Positions 30,164 to 42,665 of a stretch of 42,665 bases of DNA are shown here, one piece after another. A model generated the notes under the pieces. The model was not told the DNA's origin and made no database searches. It saw nothing but the letters and a program-made list of their open reading frames with translations. The first letter of the stretch is position 1; the number at the start of each line of letters is the position of its first letter. Made by a program: the position numbers and the translations under genes. Source of the DNA: Thermodesulfobacteriota bacterium (lineage in GTDB: Bacteria > Desulfobacterota_D > UBA1144 > Nemesobacterales > N074bin48); the NCBI GenBank assembly GCA_041572575.1, contig JBFFSH010000018.1, positions 1-42,665 on the forward strand, in the 5' to 3' direction.

Positions 30164-31543
30164 TCTATTCATAAATTTTTTACTAATCAAATCATATCCA
30201 AGCCATACAAGTGCAGGCAGATATTCAAGCCAAACAATATACTGGTAATAAAAATCATATTCACCTCTTGGTTCATAATAATATCTCAGATAATAAAGTG
30301 GCATTAGCACTGTTAGCAGCAGAAGTGGTTTGTATGGGATAAAAGTTAAAAATGGCAGCATCCATATGTAATACCACGGAAACTGTGTTGGGCTTATAAA
30401 AAAAGTAATTGCTATAATAGCTAAACCAATTCTGAAATAATCAAGCTCGTTCTTTATTTTATTTCTGATTAGATAGAGAACTAAAATGATTGCCAAAATT
30501 CCAACTATTATTCTAGAAACGGACTGTCCATGACCCGGATGATATCCAATTAAGGGTAAAATAAATTCAGATATCGCCAGAACTATCCTAAAAAAAGACT
30601 CATTATTCTGCCAGCTTCTACTATAGGCTTCTATTCCCGAACCTGTGTCGAAGTATGATATAAAAAGGGGTAAAAGTATCAGGATGGATAATACTGAAAA
30701 TATTAAAAAGTATTGCAATAATTTCTTCCAGTCACTAATAAACTTTCTTATAAATACAGGGAATAGCAGAACAGGCCAGAGCTTAATACCTACAGCAGCC
30801 GTTAAAGTAGTAAATGAGAATAAGTACCTGTTCGATAAATACAGAAGCATTGAGCCAAGAAGAAAAGGAAAGACCAACACGTCCATGTGCCCCGAGTTAA
30901 ACACTTCTTTTATAAGTATTGGGTTCCACCAATAAATAATTAAATTTGATTCAGGGAGCTTTAATTTTTTGAGAAGAATATAGATCAGGATAAATATGAT
31001 TATATCTATGAAAAGCAATACAAATTTCCATGCGGATAGACTGAATGGTTTTATAAGATTAGTTATCGCAAATACAGCTTGAGTAACTAGGGGATAAGAT
31101 GTTTTGAGCTCAGGATGGTTTATTCGTTTTAATATATTTTCATTTTTAAGAGCTAATTCTTTTAATTCTTTAGAGGCATTATTGTTATCATTAAGTAGAT
31201 TTTTAGGTGAATATTTATAAGGATTACTTCCGCTTACTGTTACAGCTCCATCCCACATGTACCTGTAAAAATCAACCTCTAATATTGGTACAGATAGGAT
31301 CATCACAAGTCGTGCAATGATCCCAATAATAAAAATCCAGATAATCACATTTTTAATTTTGGGTCTAAAGTTCTTAATTCTGTAGATGTAAATAAAATAA
31401 ACAAGTCCGGTTACAATATATAAAGAAACAAATTCTATAACTGGCTGGTCTATAATATTTATTTGTTTGTCAAAGTCAGATGAAATTAGGTTTATACCAA
31501 CGACTGCACCTATTAATATCAATCCTGCAATAATAAAATACAT
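30152..31543 (-). CDS. GT-C membrane glycosyltransferase (family 87/DUF2029-like)
   Basis: DFYRYMWDG, NPY, YP, WNP, GHMD, PWY; multi-TM protein. Confidence 0.82.
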   Translation of the reverse strand: MYFIIAGLILIGAVVGINLISSDFDKQINIIDQPVIEFVSLYIVTGLVYFIYIYRIKNFRPKIKNVIIWIFIIGIIARLVMILSVPILEVDFYRYMWDGAVTVSGSNPYKYSPKNLLNDNNNASKELKELALKNENILKRINHPELKTSYPLVTQAVFAITNLIKPFSLSAWKFVLLFIDIIIFILIYILLKKLKLPESNLIIYWWNPILIKEVFNSGHMDVLVFPFLLGSMLLYLSNRYLFSFTTLTAAVGIKLWPVLLFPVFIRKFISDWKKLLQYFLIFSVLSILILLPLFISYFDTGSGIEAYSRSWQNNESFFRIVLAISEFILPLIGYHPGHGQSVSRIIVGILAIILVLYLIRNKIKNELDYFRIGLAIIAITFFISPTQFPWYYIWMLPFLTFIPYKPLLLLTVLMPLYYLRYYYEPRGEYDFYYQYIVWLEYLPALVWLGYDLISKKFMNRSTA

Positions 31544-31604
31544 ATATTATTTATACACAACTATGTGGATTCTAATATTAGATAGATTTTACAACAAAGT
31601 GGAA

Positions 31605-32117
31605 TTATATTTGTTGAATATAATTGTTAAATGAATTAAATGCATTATCGTCAAACAGAATAAAGTATATTTTTTCTATTTGTGTTTTATGTGACTTTAG
31701 ATACTCGTTTACAACTCCTAACATAACCTCTGCACATTTATCAAGCGGATATCCACCAACCCCTGTTCCTATTGCTGGAAATGCCAGTGTTTTTATTTTG
31801 AACTTATCTGCTAATTTAAGGCTGTTTAATGTACAACTTTTTAGCGCCTCAGTTTCAACCTGTCCTCCAAGATGCATACCTGCTGCATGTATAACATATT
31901 TTGTATTTAAATCACCTGCATGAGTGATTGCAGCCTCACCTAATAGAATTGAACCTGTTTTATTGCATTCAGCCTGTATAAGAAAGCCACCCTTTTCCCT
32001 TATAGCACCTGCAACACCGCTTCCAAGTATAAGCTCCGTATTTGCAGCATTTACTATCGCATCCCCCTCAAAATCTGTTATATCACCTTTCTCTATTATT
32101 ATTTTATCACCACTCAT
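31605..32117 (-). CDS. Macro domain protein (MacroD/YmdB-like ADP-ribose hydrolase)
   Basis: GDIT, IVNAAN, GSGVAGAI, VIHA, FPAIGTGVGG. Confidence 0.93.
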   Translation of the reverse strand: MSGDKIIIEKGDITDFEGDAIVNAANTELILGSGVAGAIREKGGFLIQAECNKTGSILLGEAAITHAGDLNTKYVIHAAGMHLGGQVETEALKSCTLNSLKLADKFKIKTLAFPAIGTGVGGYPLDKCAEVMLGVVNEYLKSHKTQIEKIYFILFDDNAFNSFNNYIQQI

Positions 32118-32541
32118 CTGTCTTCCCGTTTACCGTAACTATCAATTTTCGAGAACCACCCCTGTTTCTGTGTTCACAAATATAAATACCCTGCCATGTG
32201 CCCAGGTTAAACCTGCCGTTAGTGATAGGTAACGTTAGACTATTTCCCAGAAGAGATGATTTTATATGGGCCGGCATATCATCAGATCCTTCGATAGTAT
32301 GCGTGTAATAAGGCTCATTTTCTTTAACCAAATTATTAAAACTGCTTTCAAAATCTGTCAGCACATCAGGGGATACATTTTCATTGAGCGTAAGAGAAGC
32401 AGATGTATGACATATAAATATATGTGCTAGTCCAACCTTGATTTTGGAAAGTTCCGGTGTTTGTTCAAGGATTTCCTTTGTAACAATATGAAAACCTCTG
32501 GGCTTTGGAGATAGAGAAATTGATTTTTGAAACCAGCTCAT
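32107..32541 (-). CDS. yjbQ: YjbQ/UPF0047 family protein
   Basis: HTSASLTLNEN, HTIEGSDDMPAHIKS, LGTWQGIYICEHR. Confidence 0.93.
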   Translation of the reverse strand: MSWFQKSISLSPKPRGFHIVTKEILEQTPELSKIKVGLAHIFICHTSASLTLNENVSPDVLTDFESSFNNLVKENEPYYTHTIEGSDDMPAHIKSSLLGNSLTLPITNGRFNLGTWQGIYICEHRNRGGSRKLIVTVNGKTDEW

Positions 32542-32577
32542 AATTAGTCCTTTTTAAATTTTTAGGCTCTAGTATAA

Positions 32578-33183
32578 CTAGAATTGTTCTGGTTTATTAG
32601 ACTCCTCATTCTTAAATACACCGAACTTCCATAATATAAACATCAATAATATATGTAATATAATAGTTATTTGCGCATAAGGCTTTATTGAAAAATCATA
32701 AATCCTTACCCAGTCACCTCCGAAGCCTATAAAGGAAAAGACAGGGTAAAATATGAGTGAATATATTATTTCAATTTTAGCAAAAGTTATTAGAAATTCT
32801 TTTACAATAAGTCTTCGTACTTTACTTATATAAAAAAGTGGGATTATTCCAATAAGAATTGAGACAAGGTTACCACTAAATGAAATCCACCAGCGTTGAA
32901 CGTCTGTAAAACTGCCCTGATGACTTACATATCCCCAAAATACTCTCCATTCAAAATCAACAACAGTTCCCCCGTAGTACCATACAGCAATAGCATGGCC
33001 CAACTCATGCAGCAGTACTCCTATAGGTATTAGAATAAAAAAGGAAACCTCTGATATTAACCTTTTATCAAAAATATGAATATCATCATCTATTAGTGCT
33101 TTCCGCTTTTTTATTAAACGTCTAATTACACCTATAGCTATAAAGCAATAAAATATGGAAATTAGATCGAATGATGTGAACAT
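32578..33183 (-). CDS. M50-like membrane zinc metalloprotease
   Basis: LLHELGHA inside a hydrophobic segment, SGN, GDW. Confidence 0.7.
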   Translation of the reverse strand: MFTSFDLISIFYCFIAIGVIRRLIKKRKALIDDDIHIFDKRLISEVSFFILIPIGVLLHELGHAIAVWYYGGTVVDFEWRVFWGYVSHQGSFTDVQRWWISFSGNLVSILIGIIPLFYISKVRRLIVKEFLITFAKIEIIYSLIFYPVFSFIGFGGDWVRIYDFSIKPYAQITIILHILLMFILWKFGVFKNEESNKPEQF

Positions 33184-33224
33184 ATCTTAGAGATATTACC
33201 CTATTGATAAGGTAATTTATGTAT

Positions 33225-33266
33225 AAAATAAAAAACGGATTGATATTATTCAATAATATCAATCCG
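33225..33266 (-). terminator. Rho-independent terminator of the atp operon
   Basis: Perfect 15-bp inverted repeat CGGATTGATATTATT (33236-33250) / AATAATATCAATCCG (33252-33266), then TTTTTTATTTT on the minus strand. Confidence 0.85.
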
Positions 33267-33296
33267 CAAATTATTTTTATTTTAAGTAACTTCTAT

Positions 33297-33695
33297 TTAA
33301 GAAGCCTCTACCTTGGCTTCTGCAATCTTAAGTTTTTTGTTTAGTTCTGCAAGTTCTTTTTTGCTGCCTTGAAAATCCTCAATAAGTTTCTGAATGTCTT
33401 CGACCTGCTGGCTTGCTTCTGAGGAGTCAATATCTGATGGAAGTTCGGCACTTTCAGTAATAATTTTAGCGTTATCTCCATCTAGGTTAAATAAACCGCC
33501 GGAGATGAAAAGTGACTTTTCATCGCTGCCCTCAGTGTATTTAACCAACCCGGGGTTTAGAGTCGTGATAAAAGGCACATGCCCGGGAAGTACCCCAAAC
33601 TCTCCAAGGGTCCCCGGTGCTGCAACCTCTGCAACTTCTGTGTTTAATACCACCTTTACAGGTGTGATAATTTCTAAATTAATTTTATCTGCCAT
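33297..33695 (-). CDS. atpC: ATP synthase F1 epsilon
   Basis: LEIITP, GEFGVLPGH, ISGG. Confidence 0.95.
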   Translation of the reverse strand: MADKINLEIITPVKVVLNTEVAEVAAPGTLGEFGVLPGHVPFITTLNPGLVKYTEGSDEKSLFISGGLFNLDGDNAKIITESAELPSDIDSSEASQQVEDIQKLIEDFQGSKKELAELNKKLKIAEAKVEAS

Positions 33696-33707
33696 CTGTT
33701 AATATCC

Positions 33708-36028
<2,321 letters not shown>

Positions 36029-36051
36029 TTGTTATATGTTCTCAATATTTA

Positions 36052-37569
36052 TTATTTTAGCTCACCAAGTTTATCTTTTAGCGAGTCGAGTGCGCTTATC
36101 ACCTTGGTCTTAAGATCATCATCTATTACCTTTTTCTCTCTTATTTCTGTGAGAATTTCTGGATGGTTGGCTTCTAGGTGAATATAGAGTTCTTTTTCAT
36201 ATTGACCCATTGTCTCCACTGGATAGTCATCAACGTATCCGTTTGTTACTGCAAATATCATAAGTACCTGTTTTTCAACGGCTAGCGGCGCATACTGAAC
36301 CTGCTTTAGCGCTTCTACAAGACGGCTACCACGGGCAAGCTGAGCCTGGGTAACCTTATCAAGGTCTGATGCAAACTGAGCAAAAGCTTCCACTTCTCTA
36401 TACTGAGCAAGCTCAAGCCTCAGAGTTCCTGCTACGTTTTTCATAGCCTTGATCTGAGCTGATCCACCTACCCTTGATACCGATAGACCAACATTAATAG
36501 CAGGTCTGATACCGGCATAAAACAGGTCACTCTCAAGATAAATCTGACCATCTGTAATAGAAATTACGTTTGTAGGAATATAGGCAGATACGTCACCTGC
36601 CTGAGTTTCAATAATCGGAAGCGCTGTAAGTGAACCGCCGCCGTCTGCGTCTCTTAATTTAGCAGCCCTTTCAAGAAGCCTTGAGTGTAGATAAAAAACG
36701 TCTCCTGGATAAGCTTCTCGTCCAGGAGGTCTTCTGAGTAAAAGTGAAATCTGTCTGTATGACCATGCGTGTTTTGTTAGATCATCATAAATCACAAGTG
36801 CGTGTCTTCCTGAATCTCTAAAAAATTCACCAATAGCACATCCCGTATAAGGAGAGATGAACTGATAAGGTGCGGGGTCACTTGCAGTAGCAGCAACAAC
36901 TGTTGTGTATTCCATTGCACCGTGTTCTCTTAGCTTGTCAACAACCTGGGCAACTGTAGACTGCTTCTGTCCTACTGCTACATATATGCAATAAACGTCC
37001 TGCCCTTTCTGATTAATAATAGTATCAACTGCAACTGCTGTCTTTCCCGTTTGTCTGTCACCGAGAATAAGCTCTCTTTGTCCCCTACCTATTGGAATCA
37101 TGGAGTCAATTGCTTTAATACCTGTCTGAAGCGGCTCGTTCACTGACTGTCTGTAAACAACGCCTGGAGCCTTAACCTCAATTTGTCTGGTATCTGTTGT
37201 CTGAATTTCACCTTTACCATCAATTGGCTGACCAAGAGCATCTACTACCCTTCCTACTACATTATCACCAACTGGAATTTCGGCGATCTTTCCAGTTCTT
37301 TTTACTGTATCGCCTTCCTGAATCTGTGTGTCTTCACCAAATATTGCAATACCTACGTTATCTTCTTCAAGGTTTAGTACAAGACCCATAATGCCGTTTT
37401 GAAACTCTACGAGCTCTCCGGCCATTGTGTTGTCGAGTCCGTATGCACGCGAAATACCATCTCCTACTGAGATTACAGTTCCAACCTCAGCGGTCTCTAT
37501 TTTCTGATCGTAACCCTTGATTCGGTTTTTAAGTATTTCTCCAATCCCTTCGATTTTTATATCTTCCAT
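36052..37569 (-). CDS. atpA: ATP synthase F1 alpha
   Basis: [33 protein letters not shown]. Confidence 0.99.
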   Translation of the reverse strand: MEDIKIEGIGEILKNRIKGYDQKIETAEVGTVISVGDGISRAYGLDNTMAGELVEFQNGIMGLVLNLEEDNVGIAIFGEDTQIQEGDTVKRTGKIAEIPVGDNVVGRVVDALGQPIDGKGEIQTTDTRQIEVKAPGVVYRQSVNEPLQTGIKAIDSMIPIGRGQRELILGDRQTGKTAVAVDTIINQKGQDVYCIYVAVGQKQSTVAQVVDKLREHGAMEYTTVVAATASDPAPYQFISPYTGCAIGEFFRDSGRHALVIYDDLTKHAWSYRQISLLLRRPPGREAYPGDVFYLHSRLLERAAKLRDADGGGSLTALPIIETQAGDVSAYIPTNVISITDGQIYLESDLFYAGIRPAINVGLSVSRVGGSAQIKAMKNVAGTLRLELAQYREVEAFAQFASDLDKVTQAQLARGSRLVEALKQVQYAPLAVEKQVLMIFAVTNGYVDDYPVETMGQYEKELYIHLEANHPEILTEIREKKVIDDDLKTKVISALDSLKDKLGELK

Positions 37570-37599
37570 TTATCTGACTCCTTTTATCCTCCAAAACTG

Positions 37600-38142
37600 C
37601 TATGCAGCCGTAAGCATATTTTTAACTTTATTTAGTTTTGTTCTTATACTGTTATCAAATAGTTTGTTGGATACTTTCACGATCACCCCACCCAAAATTT
37701 CAGGATCAACCGTGACAGCAACCTCAATTTTATTTCCTATCTGAGCTTCAATAGCCTGTTGAACGCCGTGTACTTCTGTCTCTTCCGGCACTTTTGCAAA
37801 TATAAACTCAGCAAGCTCAATTCCTGCGGCTTTTCTGAGTCTTCTAAGAACAAGTTCTCTTGAATCAACAAGCCCCTTAACCTTATCCATTTCAATTACT
37901 GATTTAATAAAATTTACTGTATATGCATCCATACCAATTTGTGCGTTTACATCGTTTAGGATTGCTAACTTTTCATCAAGCTCATAAACAGTGCTTGCGA
38001 ATATATCTTTTAAGTCTTCATTTTGCTCAATAACTGAGAAAAATTTTTCAAGGTCAGATGTGGTAGTTGAGAGTTTGAATGACTGGACCGAGGTCTCAAT
38101 AAGCGCCGATATTAAATCTCTTAGGGTTGCTACTGTTGCCAT
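37600..38142 (-). CDS. atpH: ATP synthase F1 delta
   Basis: VDPEILGGVIVKV..FDNSIRTKL; position in the operon. Confidence 0.9.
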   Translation of the reverse strand: MATVATLRDLISALIETSVQSFKLSTTTSDLEKFFSVIEQNEDLKDIFASTVYELDEKLAILNDVNAQIGMDAYTVNFIKSVIEMDKVKGLVDSRELVLRRLRKAAGIELAEFIFAKVPEETEVHGVQQAIEAQIGNKIEVAVTVDPEILGGVIVKVSNKLFDNSIRTKLNKVKNMLTAA

Positions 38143-38681
38143 TTTGTTTCGTTTACCTCACTTACAAAGTCTTCAATAATTCTTTTACTGTCATTTTCAT
38201 TAAGGTTGCTTTTGATAAGGTTTTCTGCAAGCTGCATTGCAAGCTGCACCACTTCACCCTGAATTTGATGTTTTGCCTTAGCAGTTTCAGATTTAATGGT
38301 TTCCTTGGCATCTTCTCTTATTTTTTGTGCTGATACCTCGGCCTGCTTTATTATTTCCTGTCTCTCCAATTCGGCTTCATTTTTTATTGTATCTTTAAGG
38401 TCTTTAATTTCCTGCTCAAGATTGTTCATCTTTGCCATGTACTGATCGAAAAGTGCCTTTGCTTCAGTAATCTCTTTTTCAGAGCTTTCTATTTTGCTTG
38501 CAATCTGCCCTCTTCTTTCCATAAGAAAGTTTTTTACAGGCGTTTTAAGAAAATAAACGAGAACACCCACTAAAATGGCGAGGTTAGCCGCATGCTTGCC
38601 AACGTACTGCCAGTTAAATGCATCTGCACCACCGCCTGCCATTGTTACTGCAAGACTTATTAAACTTTCAATCTCAACCAA
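38130..38681 (-). CDS. atpF: ATP synthase Fo subunit b
   Basis: TTG start with GGAGA RBS, TM helix plus long charged coiled coil (ERRGQI). Confidence 0.88.
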   Translation of the reverse strand: MVEIESLISLAVTMAGGGADAFNWQYVGKHAANLAILVGVLVYFLKTPVKNFLMERRGQIASKIESSEKEITEAKALFDQYMAKMNNLEQEIKDLKDTIKNEAELERQEIIKQAEVSAQKIREDAKETIKSETAKAKHQIQGEVVQLAMQLAENLIKSNLNENDSKRIIEDFVSEVNETKWQQ

Positions 38682-38683
38682 CT

Positions 38684-39193
38684 CTATATCTCCTTATTAA
38701 TAAGCTTTGAGGCCACATCTTTTGCTATAAGCTCAATCTCAGGTTTTATTTTTTCTCTAATTTCTTTTGCTTCGTTATCTATTTTGGTTTTTGCTTCATC
38801 AAGCAGTGAGTTTGCTTCGCCTCTTGCTCTTTCCATCATCTCCGCTGCACTGCTTTGGGCTTCTTTTCTTATTAGGTTTCTCTGTTCCTGCGTTTCCAAT
38901 CTGGCTTCATTTATCTTTTCAGTATATTCATTAATAGTGTCCTGAGCTTTTTTCTTAAGGTCTTTAGCCTCAGAGCTTGTTCCGCTTGTAAGCTGCTCCC
39001 TTTTTTCATCAAGGTCTAAAAGGGGCTGAAAAAGTATTTTGTTTAGAAGAACTATGCTTGCAACAAAAAGAACGATTAAAATTCCCAGATGCTTTGGATC
39101 AACACTCAGAATGTCATCACTGGCAGCAAATACATTTGCTGTAGTGCTGAGTATAATTAGCAATATATATAATGTAGCTATCATTCTATTCAT
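38684..39193 (-). CDS. ATP synthase Fo subunit b' with N-terminal signal-like extension
   Basis: LNKILFQPL..LDEKRE followed by coiled coil; lies immediately upstream of b. Confidence 0.85.
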   Translation of the reverse strand: MNRMIATLYILLIILSTTANVFAASDDILSVDPKHLGILIVLFVASIVLLNKILFQPLLDLDEKREQLTSGTSSEAKDLKKKAQDTINEYTEKINEARLETQEQRNLIRKEAQSSAAEMMERARGEANSLLDEAKTKIDNEAKEIREKIKPEIELIAKDVASKLINKEI

Positions 39194-39221
39194 TTTTACT
39201 CCATACTATAAATACAAATAA

Positions 39222-40490
39222 TCAACTTTTATTCTCACTTTCATCGCTTCCAAATGACTTTTTAAGAAGCGGTGGTGCTACAAAAGTTGTTAACATTACC
39301 ATAGCTGTCACGGCTGAAAAGAGTTTTATATCGAAAACTCCAAAAGCAAGTCCAACCTGAGCAAATATTAATCCTACTTCTCCTCTTGGAATCATACCGA
39401 TACCTATAACTTTTTTCTTTATATCCTTAGCAAAAACTACAAAGCCGCTTACAAACTTACCAGCAACTGCGACAGCAAACAATACCATTGCAATAATAAG
39501 GATAGGGATATTACCTGAATTAAACGGATTGAAAACGGTTACGTCTACTGCAGCACCTACCATCACAAAGAATATCGGCGTTACAAGGTCTGAAACCGGT
39601 TTTAATCTTTCTTCTATTACCTTTACCTGAGCTGTTTTAGCGACTACAAGTCCTGCGGCAAAAGCTCCAACAATGGCAGCAAGCCCCGCTTTATGTGCCA
39701 GGTATGAATAAAGCAGAGCAAATCCTACAGCACTTAATAGAAGTATTCCTCTAACCTTCAATTTATGAAAGAAATTAAATATTTTTCCAGATACAAGAAT
39801 TCCTGCTATTATGGATACAATAAGAAAACCAAAAGCTTTTGCCGATATTGTCAATACGCTTACAGCTGATATCCCGGTATCTAATCCCTGCTTCGACGCT
39901 TCAATAAGACCCGTAACAACTGCAAGTATTACTAGCCCCAAGATATCGTCTATTACAGCAGCACCAAGGACTATCTTTGACTCAGGGCTATGAATCTTGT
40001 TCATATCCGATAAAACTCTTGCTGTTATACCAACACTGGTAGCGGTTAGGGTGGCACCTACTGTAATTGCAACCAGAGTACCTGTTGCAGGACTGTCAAA
40101 AGTTAGAAGGCCATATTGCTGAAAACCCATTATACTAATAAACCCAAGCACAAATGGCGCTACAATTCCCACAATGGCTACAATTGCTGAAGTATCACCC
40201 ACTTTTAACAATTCATCAAGATCAGTTTCAAGACCTATCTCAAACAGGAGTATACAAACACCAAGTTCTGCTAAAAGATGAAAAGTCTGATAACCGGCAT
40301 CACCGGCAACCGAGGGTACAAGCGCAAGTACGCTACCCCCAAGAATCACCCCTGCTATTAGCTCTCCTAGAACCGGAGGCTGTTTGATTCTTTCGGTAAG
40401 CTCGCCAATAAGCTTGGAACCGATAAGAATTATCGCTAAAACTAAAAGAAACTTATCTGCAGGAAAATTGCCTGCATGCTCAACACTCAT
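39222..40490 (-). CDS. Cation:proton antiporter (CPA2, NapA-like)
   Basis: VLGELIAG, LLFEIGLETD, ATSVGIT, AAVIDDI, MIPRGEVG. Confidence 0.93.
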   Translation of the reverse strand: MSVEHAGNFPADKFLLVLAIILIGSKLIGELTERIKQPPVLGELIAGVILGGSVLALVPSVAGDAGYQTFHLLAELGVCILLFEIGLETDLDELLKVGDTSAIVAIVGIVAPFVLGFISIMGFQQYGLLTFDSPATGTLVAITVGATLTATSVGITARVLSDMNKIHSPESKIVLGAAVIDDILGLVILAVVTGLIEASKQGLDTGISAVSVLTISAKAFGFLIVSIIAGILVSGKIFNFFHKLKVRGILLLSAVGFALLYSYLAHKAGLAAIVGAFAAGLVVAKTAQVKVIEERLKPVSDLVTPIFFVMVGAAVDVTVFNPFNSGNIPILIIAMVLFAVAVAGKFVSGFVVFAKDIKKKVIGIGMIPRGEVGLIFAQVGLAFGVFDIKLFSAVTAMVMLTTFVAPPLLKKSFGSDESENKS

Positions 40491-40547
40491 AAATTTTTAA
40501 TATTAAATTTTTTAGGAAATACCCAGAAGTTTTAAAAAAACCAGAAG

Positions 40548-40576
40548 GTTCTAACATGTAAGGAGTTAAGTGTCAA
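40548..40576 (-). promoter_or_regulatory. Putative sigma70 promoter for the antiporter-atp operon
   Basis: Minus strand TTGACA (40576-40571), 17 bp, then TAGAAC with an extended -10 TG. Confidence 0.5.
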
Positions 40577-40671
40577 TGATATGAAATGAACAAAATTTAA
40601 AGAGTTTTAGGGAAAAACTGATATAAAATAGCGTTTAATGATGACAAGGGTAATGATAATTAGAAAAATGT

Positions 40672-41448
40672 CTATTTTTCTATTACTACAGTACCTGCTA
40701 TTTTGTCATGCCAGGCTTGTGAGTTTGAATCTATGTAAGACCATATAAACCCTAAAAACACAGGAACTGCCGAAATGAAGTAACCGATAAACCTAATAAA
40801 TGAATCTATAAAACCTATTTCTATGCCGTCTTTTTTTATTACTTTAAGGCTCAGCAACAATTTACCTATAGTCCTGCCTCCAAATCCCTGCATTAGCACA
40901 AAATAAGATGTACTTAAGAACAGCAATACAAGATAAATAAGAATTACATGCTCTTTTATCAGCAGTAAACTTTTATCAATCTTGTATCCTAAAATCAATA
41001 AGGCACAGCAGATACAAACTAGTGTCAAAATATTTAATATAATAAAATCTATAAATGAAGCGGCAATCCTCGATTCTGTAGATGCCTGTACATAAATATT
41101 GCTACTATCATATTTAAAGTCAGGCTCAAATATATCCTCTTTCTCATTACCCTGTAGCCCGGATTTAGATGGCTGAGCATGTAAATTTAAGTTATCGGAT
41201 ACTTTTACAGATGGAGTGTATTTAGAATCATCCGGAATAATTATTTTATGACGGTTCAAATTGATGTTTGTCTTATTTATCCCAGCCGGGTCCAAACCAT
41301 CAGATTTGTTATTTCTCTTTAATTTTCTTGGCTCAGAGTACTTCGCATAAAGCTTTTTAAACTGGAAATTTGACTCAAAAACATTTCCACATTTATTACA
41401 ACTTTCCAGATAATCAAATGTATTGAACCCACAACCTGTACATTTCAT
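40672..41448 (-). CDS. RDD family membrane protein with N-terminal zinc ribbon
   Basis: CTGC..CNKC, RIAASFID, TIGK..LKV, AWHDKIAGT. Confidence 0.9.
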   Translation of the reverse strand: MKCTGCGFNTFDYLESCNKCGNVFESNFQFKKLYAKYSEPRKLKRNNKSDGLDPAGINKTNINLNRHKIIIPDDSKYTPSVKVSDNLNLHAQPSKSGLQGNEKEDIFEPDFKYDSSNIYVQASTESRIAASFIDFIILNILTLVCICCALLILGYKIDKSLLLIKEHVILIYLVLLFLSTSYFVLMQGFGGRTIGKLLLSLKVIKKDGIEIGFIDSFIRFIGYFISAVPVFLGFIWSYIDSNSQAWHDKIAGTVVIEK

Positions 41449-41580
41449 AATTCAATTGCACCCCACACTTAAAGCAACACATTAATGATACAACGTAAGT
41501 GCCATAAATCAATATCAGTAATAAACTTAAGGCGTTTTTATTGGTAAAAAACTAATATTTTAAAGCAGTTACAAAACATA

Positions 41581-41609
41581 TTGCATTCTCAAAACGTATA
41601 CGTTATAGT
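41581..41609 (+). promoter_or_regulatory. Putative sodA promoter with a palindrome in the spacer
   Basis: TTGCAT, 17 bp, TATAGT; perfect palindrome AACGTATACGTT at 41593-41604. Confidence 0.5.
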
Positions 41610-41683
41610 GGAAATATAGGCTATCTTAGCCATGACTAAATTGAAATAATATTTAATTCTATTACAGGAGGATTCATATTTAA

Positions 41684-42292
41684 ATGCCACACACATTACC
41701 GGAATTATCTTACGATTATAATGCGCTTGAGCCTCATATTGACGCTAAAACAATGGAGATTCATCATACCAAACACCATCAGACATATATCAATAACCTG
41801 AACGCAGCTTTAGAAAGCCACCCCGATCTACAGGATAAACCTGTTGAAGATTTAATTAGAGATCTTGGCAGTGTTCCAGAAGCTATAAGGGTTGCTGTAA
41901 GAAACAACGGTGGAGGTCATTTAAACCACAGTATGTTCTGGACTGTCATGGGCCCAGGTGCAGGCGGGCAGCCATCTGGTGATTTAGCATCAGCCATAGA
42001 CTCTGCTTTTGGCAGTTTCTCTGATTTTCAGGATGCTTTTGCCAAGGCTGGTGCTACCAGGTTTGGAAGCGGGTGGGCATGGCTTTGTGTTGATGGCGGC
42101 AAATTAGTTGTTACATCAACTCCAAACCAGGATAACCCCGTGACAGATGGACTAACTCCGATTTTAGGTTTGGATGTTTGGGAACATGCATATTATTTAA
42201 ATTATCAGAACAGAAGACCAGACTACATCAAGGCATGGTGGAATGTAGTAAACTGGGATCAGGTTTCTGCAAACTTAAGTGCAGCAAAATAG
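41684..42292 (+). CDS. sodA: Superoxide dismutase, Mn-type
   Basis: [15 protein letters not shown] and NQD (Mn signatures), DVWEHAYY. Confidence 0.95.
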   Translation: MPHTLPELSYDYNALEPHIDAKTMEIHHTKHHQTYINNLNAALESHPDLQDKPVEDLIRDLGSVPEAIRVAVRNNGGGHLNHSMFWTVMGPGAGGQPSGDLASAIDSAFGSFSDFQDAFAKAGATRFGSGWAWLCVDGGKLVVTSTPNQDNPVTDGLTPILGLDVWEHAYYLNYQNRRPDYIKAWWNVVNWDQVSANLSAAK

Positions 42293-42459
42293 TATAGATT
42301 TATTTTGCAAGACTTTAAGTTACTGATCATCCTAAACTATTGAGAGTATCATTTTTACCATACTACCCGATCAGTAATTTGTTTAATATTGCAGCCCTTA
42401 AAACACTCAAAACATAATAAGTTGAGTTATAATTATATATTATTAATCAGGAAGTAATC

Positions 42460-42665
42460 ATGGAAATAAAATATCAGGAATATGAAGAGCAGCAGCCAAA
42501 GCAAGAACAGTCTGAATCCTATGCTGACAGCGACAAAGACAATTTAAAGCAGCTGGGCATAGCAGGCAGTGCGGTAGCCGAGATGGACGAAGATGAATTT
42601 GAGTTCGAACAACAACCAACAACAAAAGAACTGCAGAAAATAGAAGAGGAAGAAGAGAAGAACAA
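42460..42665 (+). CDS. Partial ORF with acidic N-terminus, function unknown
   Basis: AGGAAG RBS, then MEIKYQEYEEQQPKQ...EMDEDEFEFE..., open to the window end. Not in the ORF track. Confidence 0.6.
   Translation, partial: MEIKYQEYEEQQPKQEQSESYADSDKDNLKQLGIAGSAVAEMDEDEFEFEQQPTTKELQKIEEEEEKN

Noticed and set aside
40648..40670. Fur-like TAATGATAAT upstream of the antiporter
   Set aside because: Half-site only, with no inverted partner.

Overview
AT-rich, gene-dense bacterial chromosome segment. The split F-ATPase operon with b' and b but no a/c, the TPR gene before aroQ and DUF4911-murJ suggest a deltaproteobacteria-like lineage, possibly Desulfobacterota/Dadabacteria (inference only). Most genes are housekeeping: ppk2, ABC-F, htpX-hspQ, murJ-ugd, aroQ-recJ, lgt-trkA-trkH-ribF-aroE, HU, purSQ, metY-metX, antiporter-atpF'FHAGDC and sodA. 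The most interesting signals lie in the first 7 kb and are partly absent from the ORF track. (1) The left end of an IS3-family element (1-139) has inserted into the 3' end of a His/acid-rich outer-membrane barrel gene. (2) That gene is preceded by a secreted Cys-rich leader ORF ending in KSPP, whose Ser-Pro-Pro codons are complementary to the barrel's Shine-Dalgarno, resembling CruR/CutF-type metal-sensing translational attenuation. (3) A c-di-GMP-I riboswitch behind a near-consensus sigma70 promoter controls an uncharacterised allene-oxide-cyclase/dirigent-like barrel protein. (4) A phosphoesterase is paired with an atypical cNMP-binding protein next to PPK2. Also present are a PqqU/YncD-like TonB receptor and a long nitroreductase-fold protein divergent from a ChdC/Cld-family heme protein. 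No rRNA, tRNA or CRISPR array was seen.
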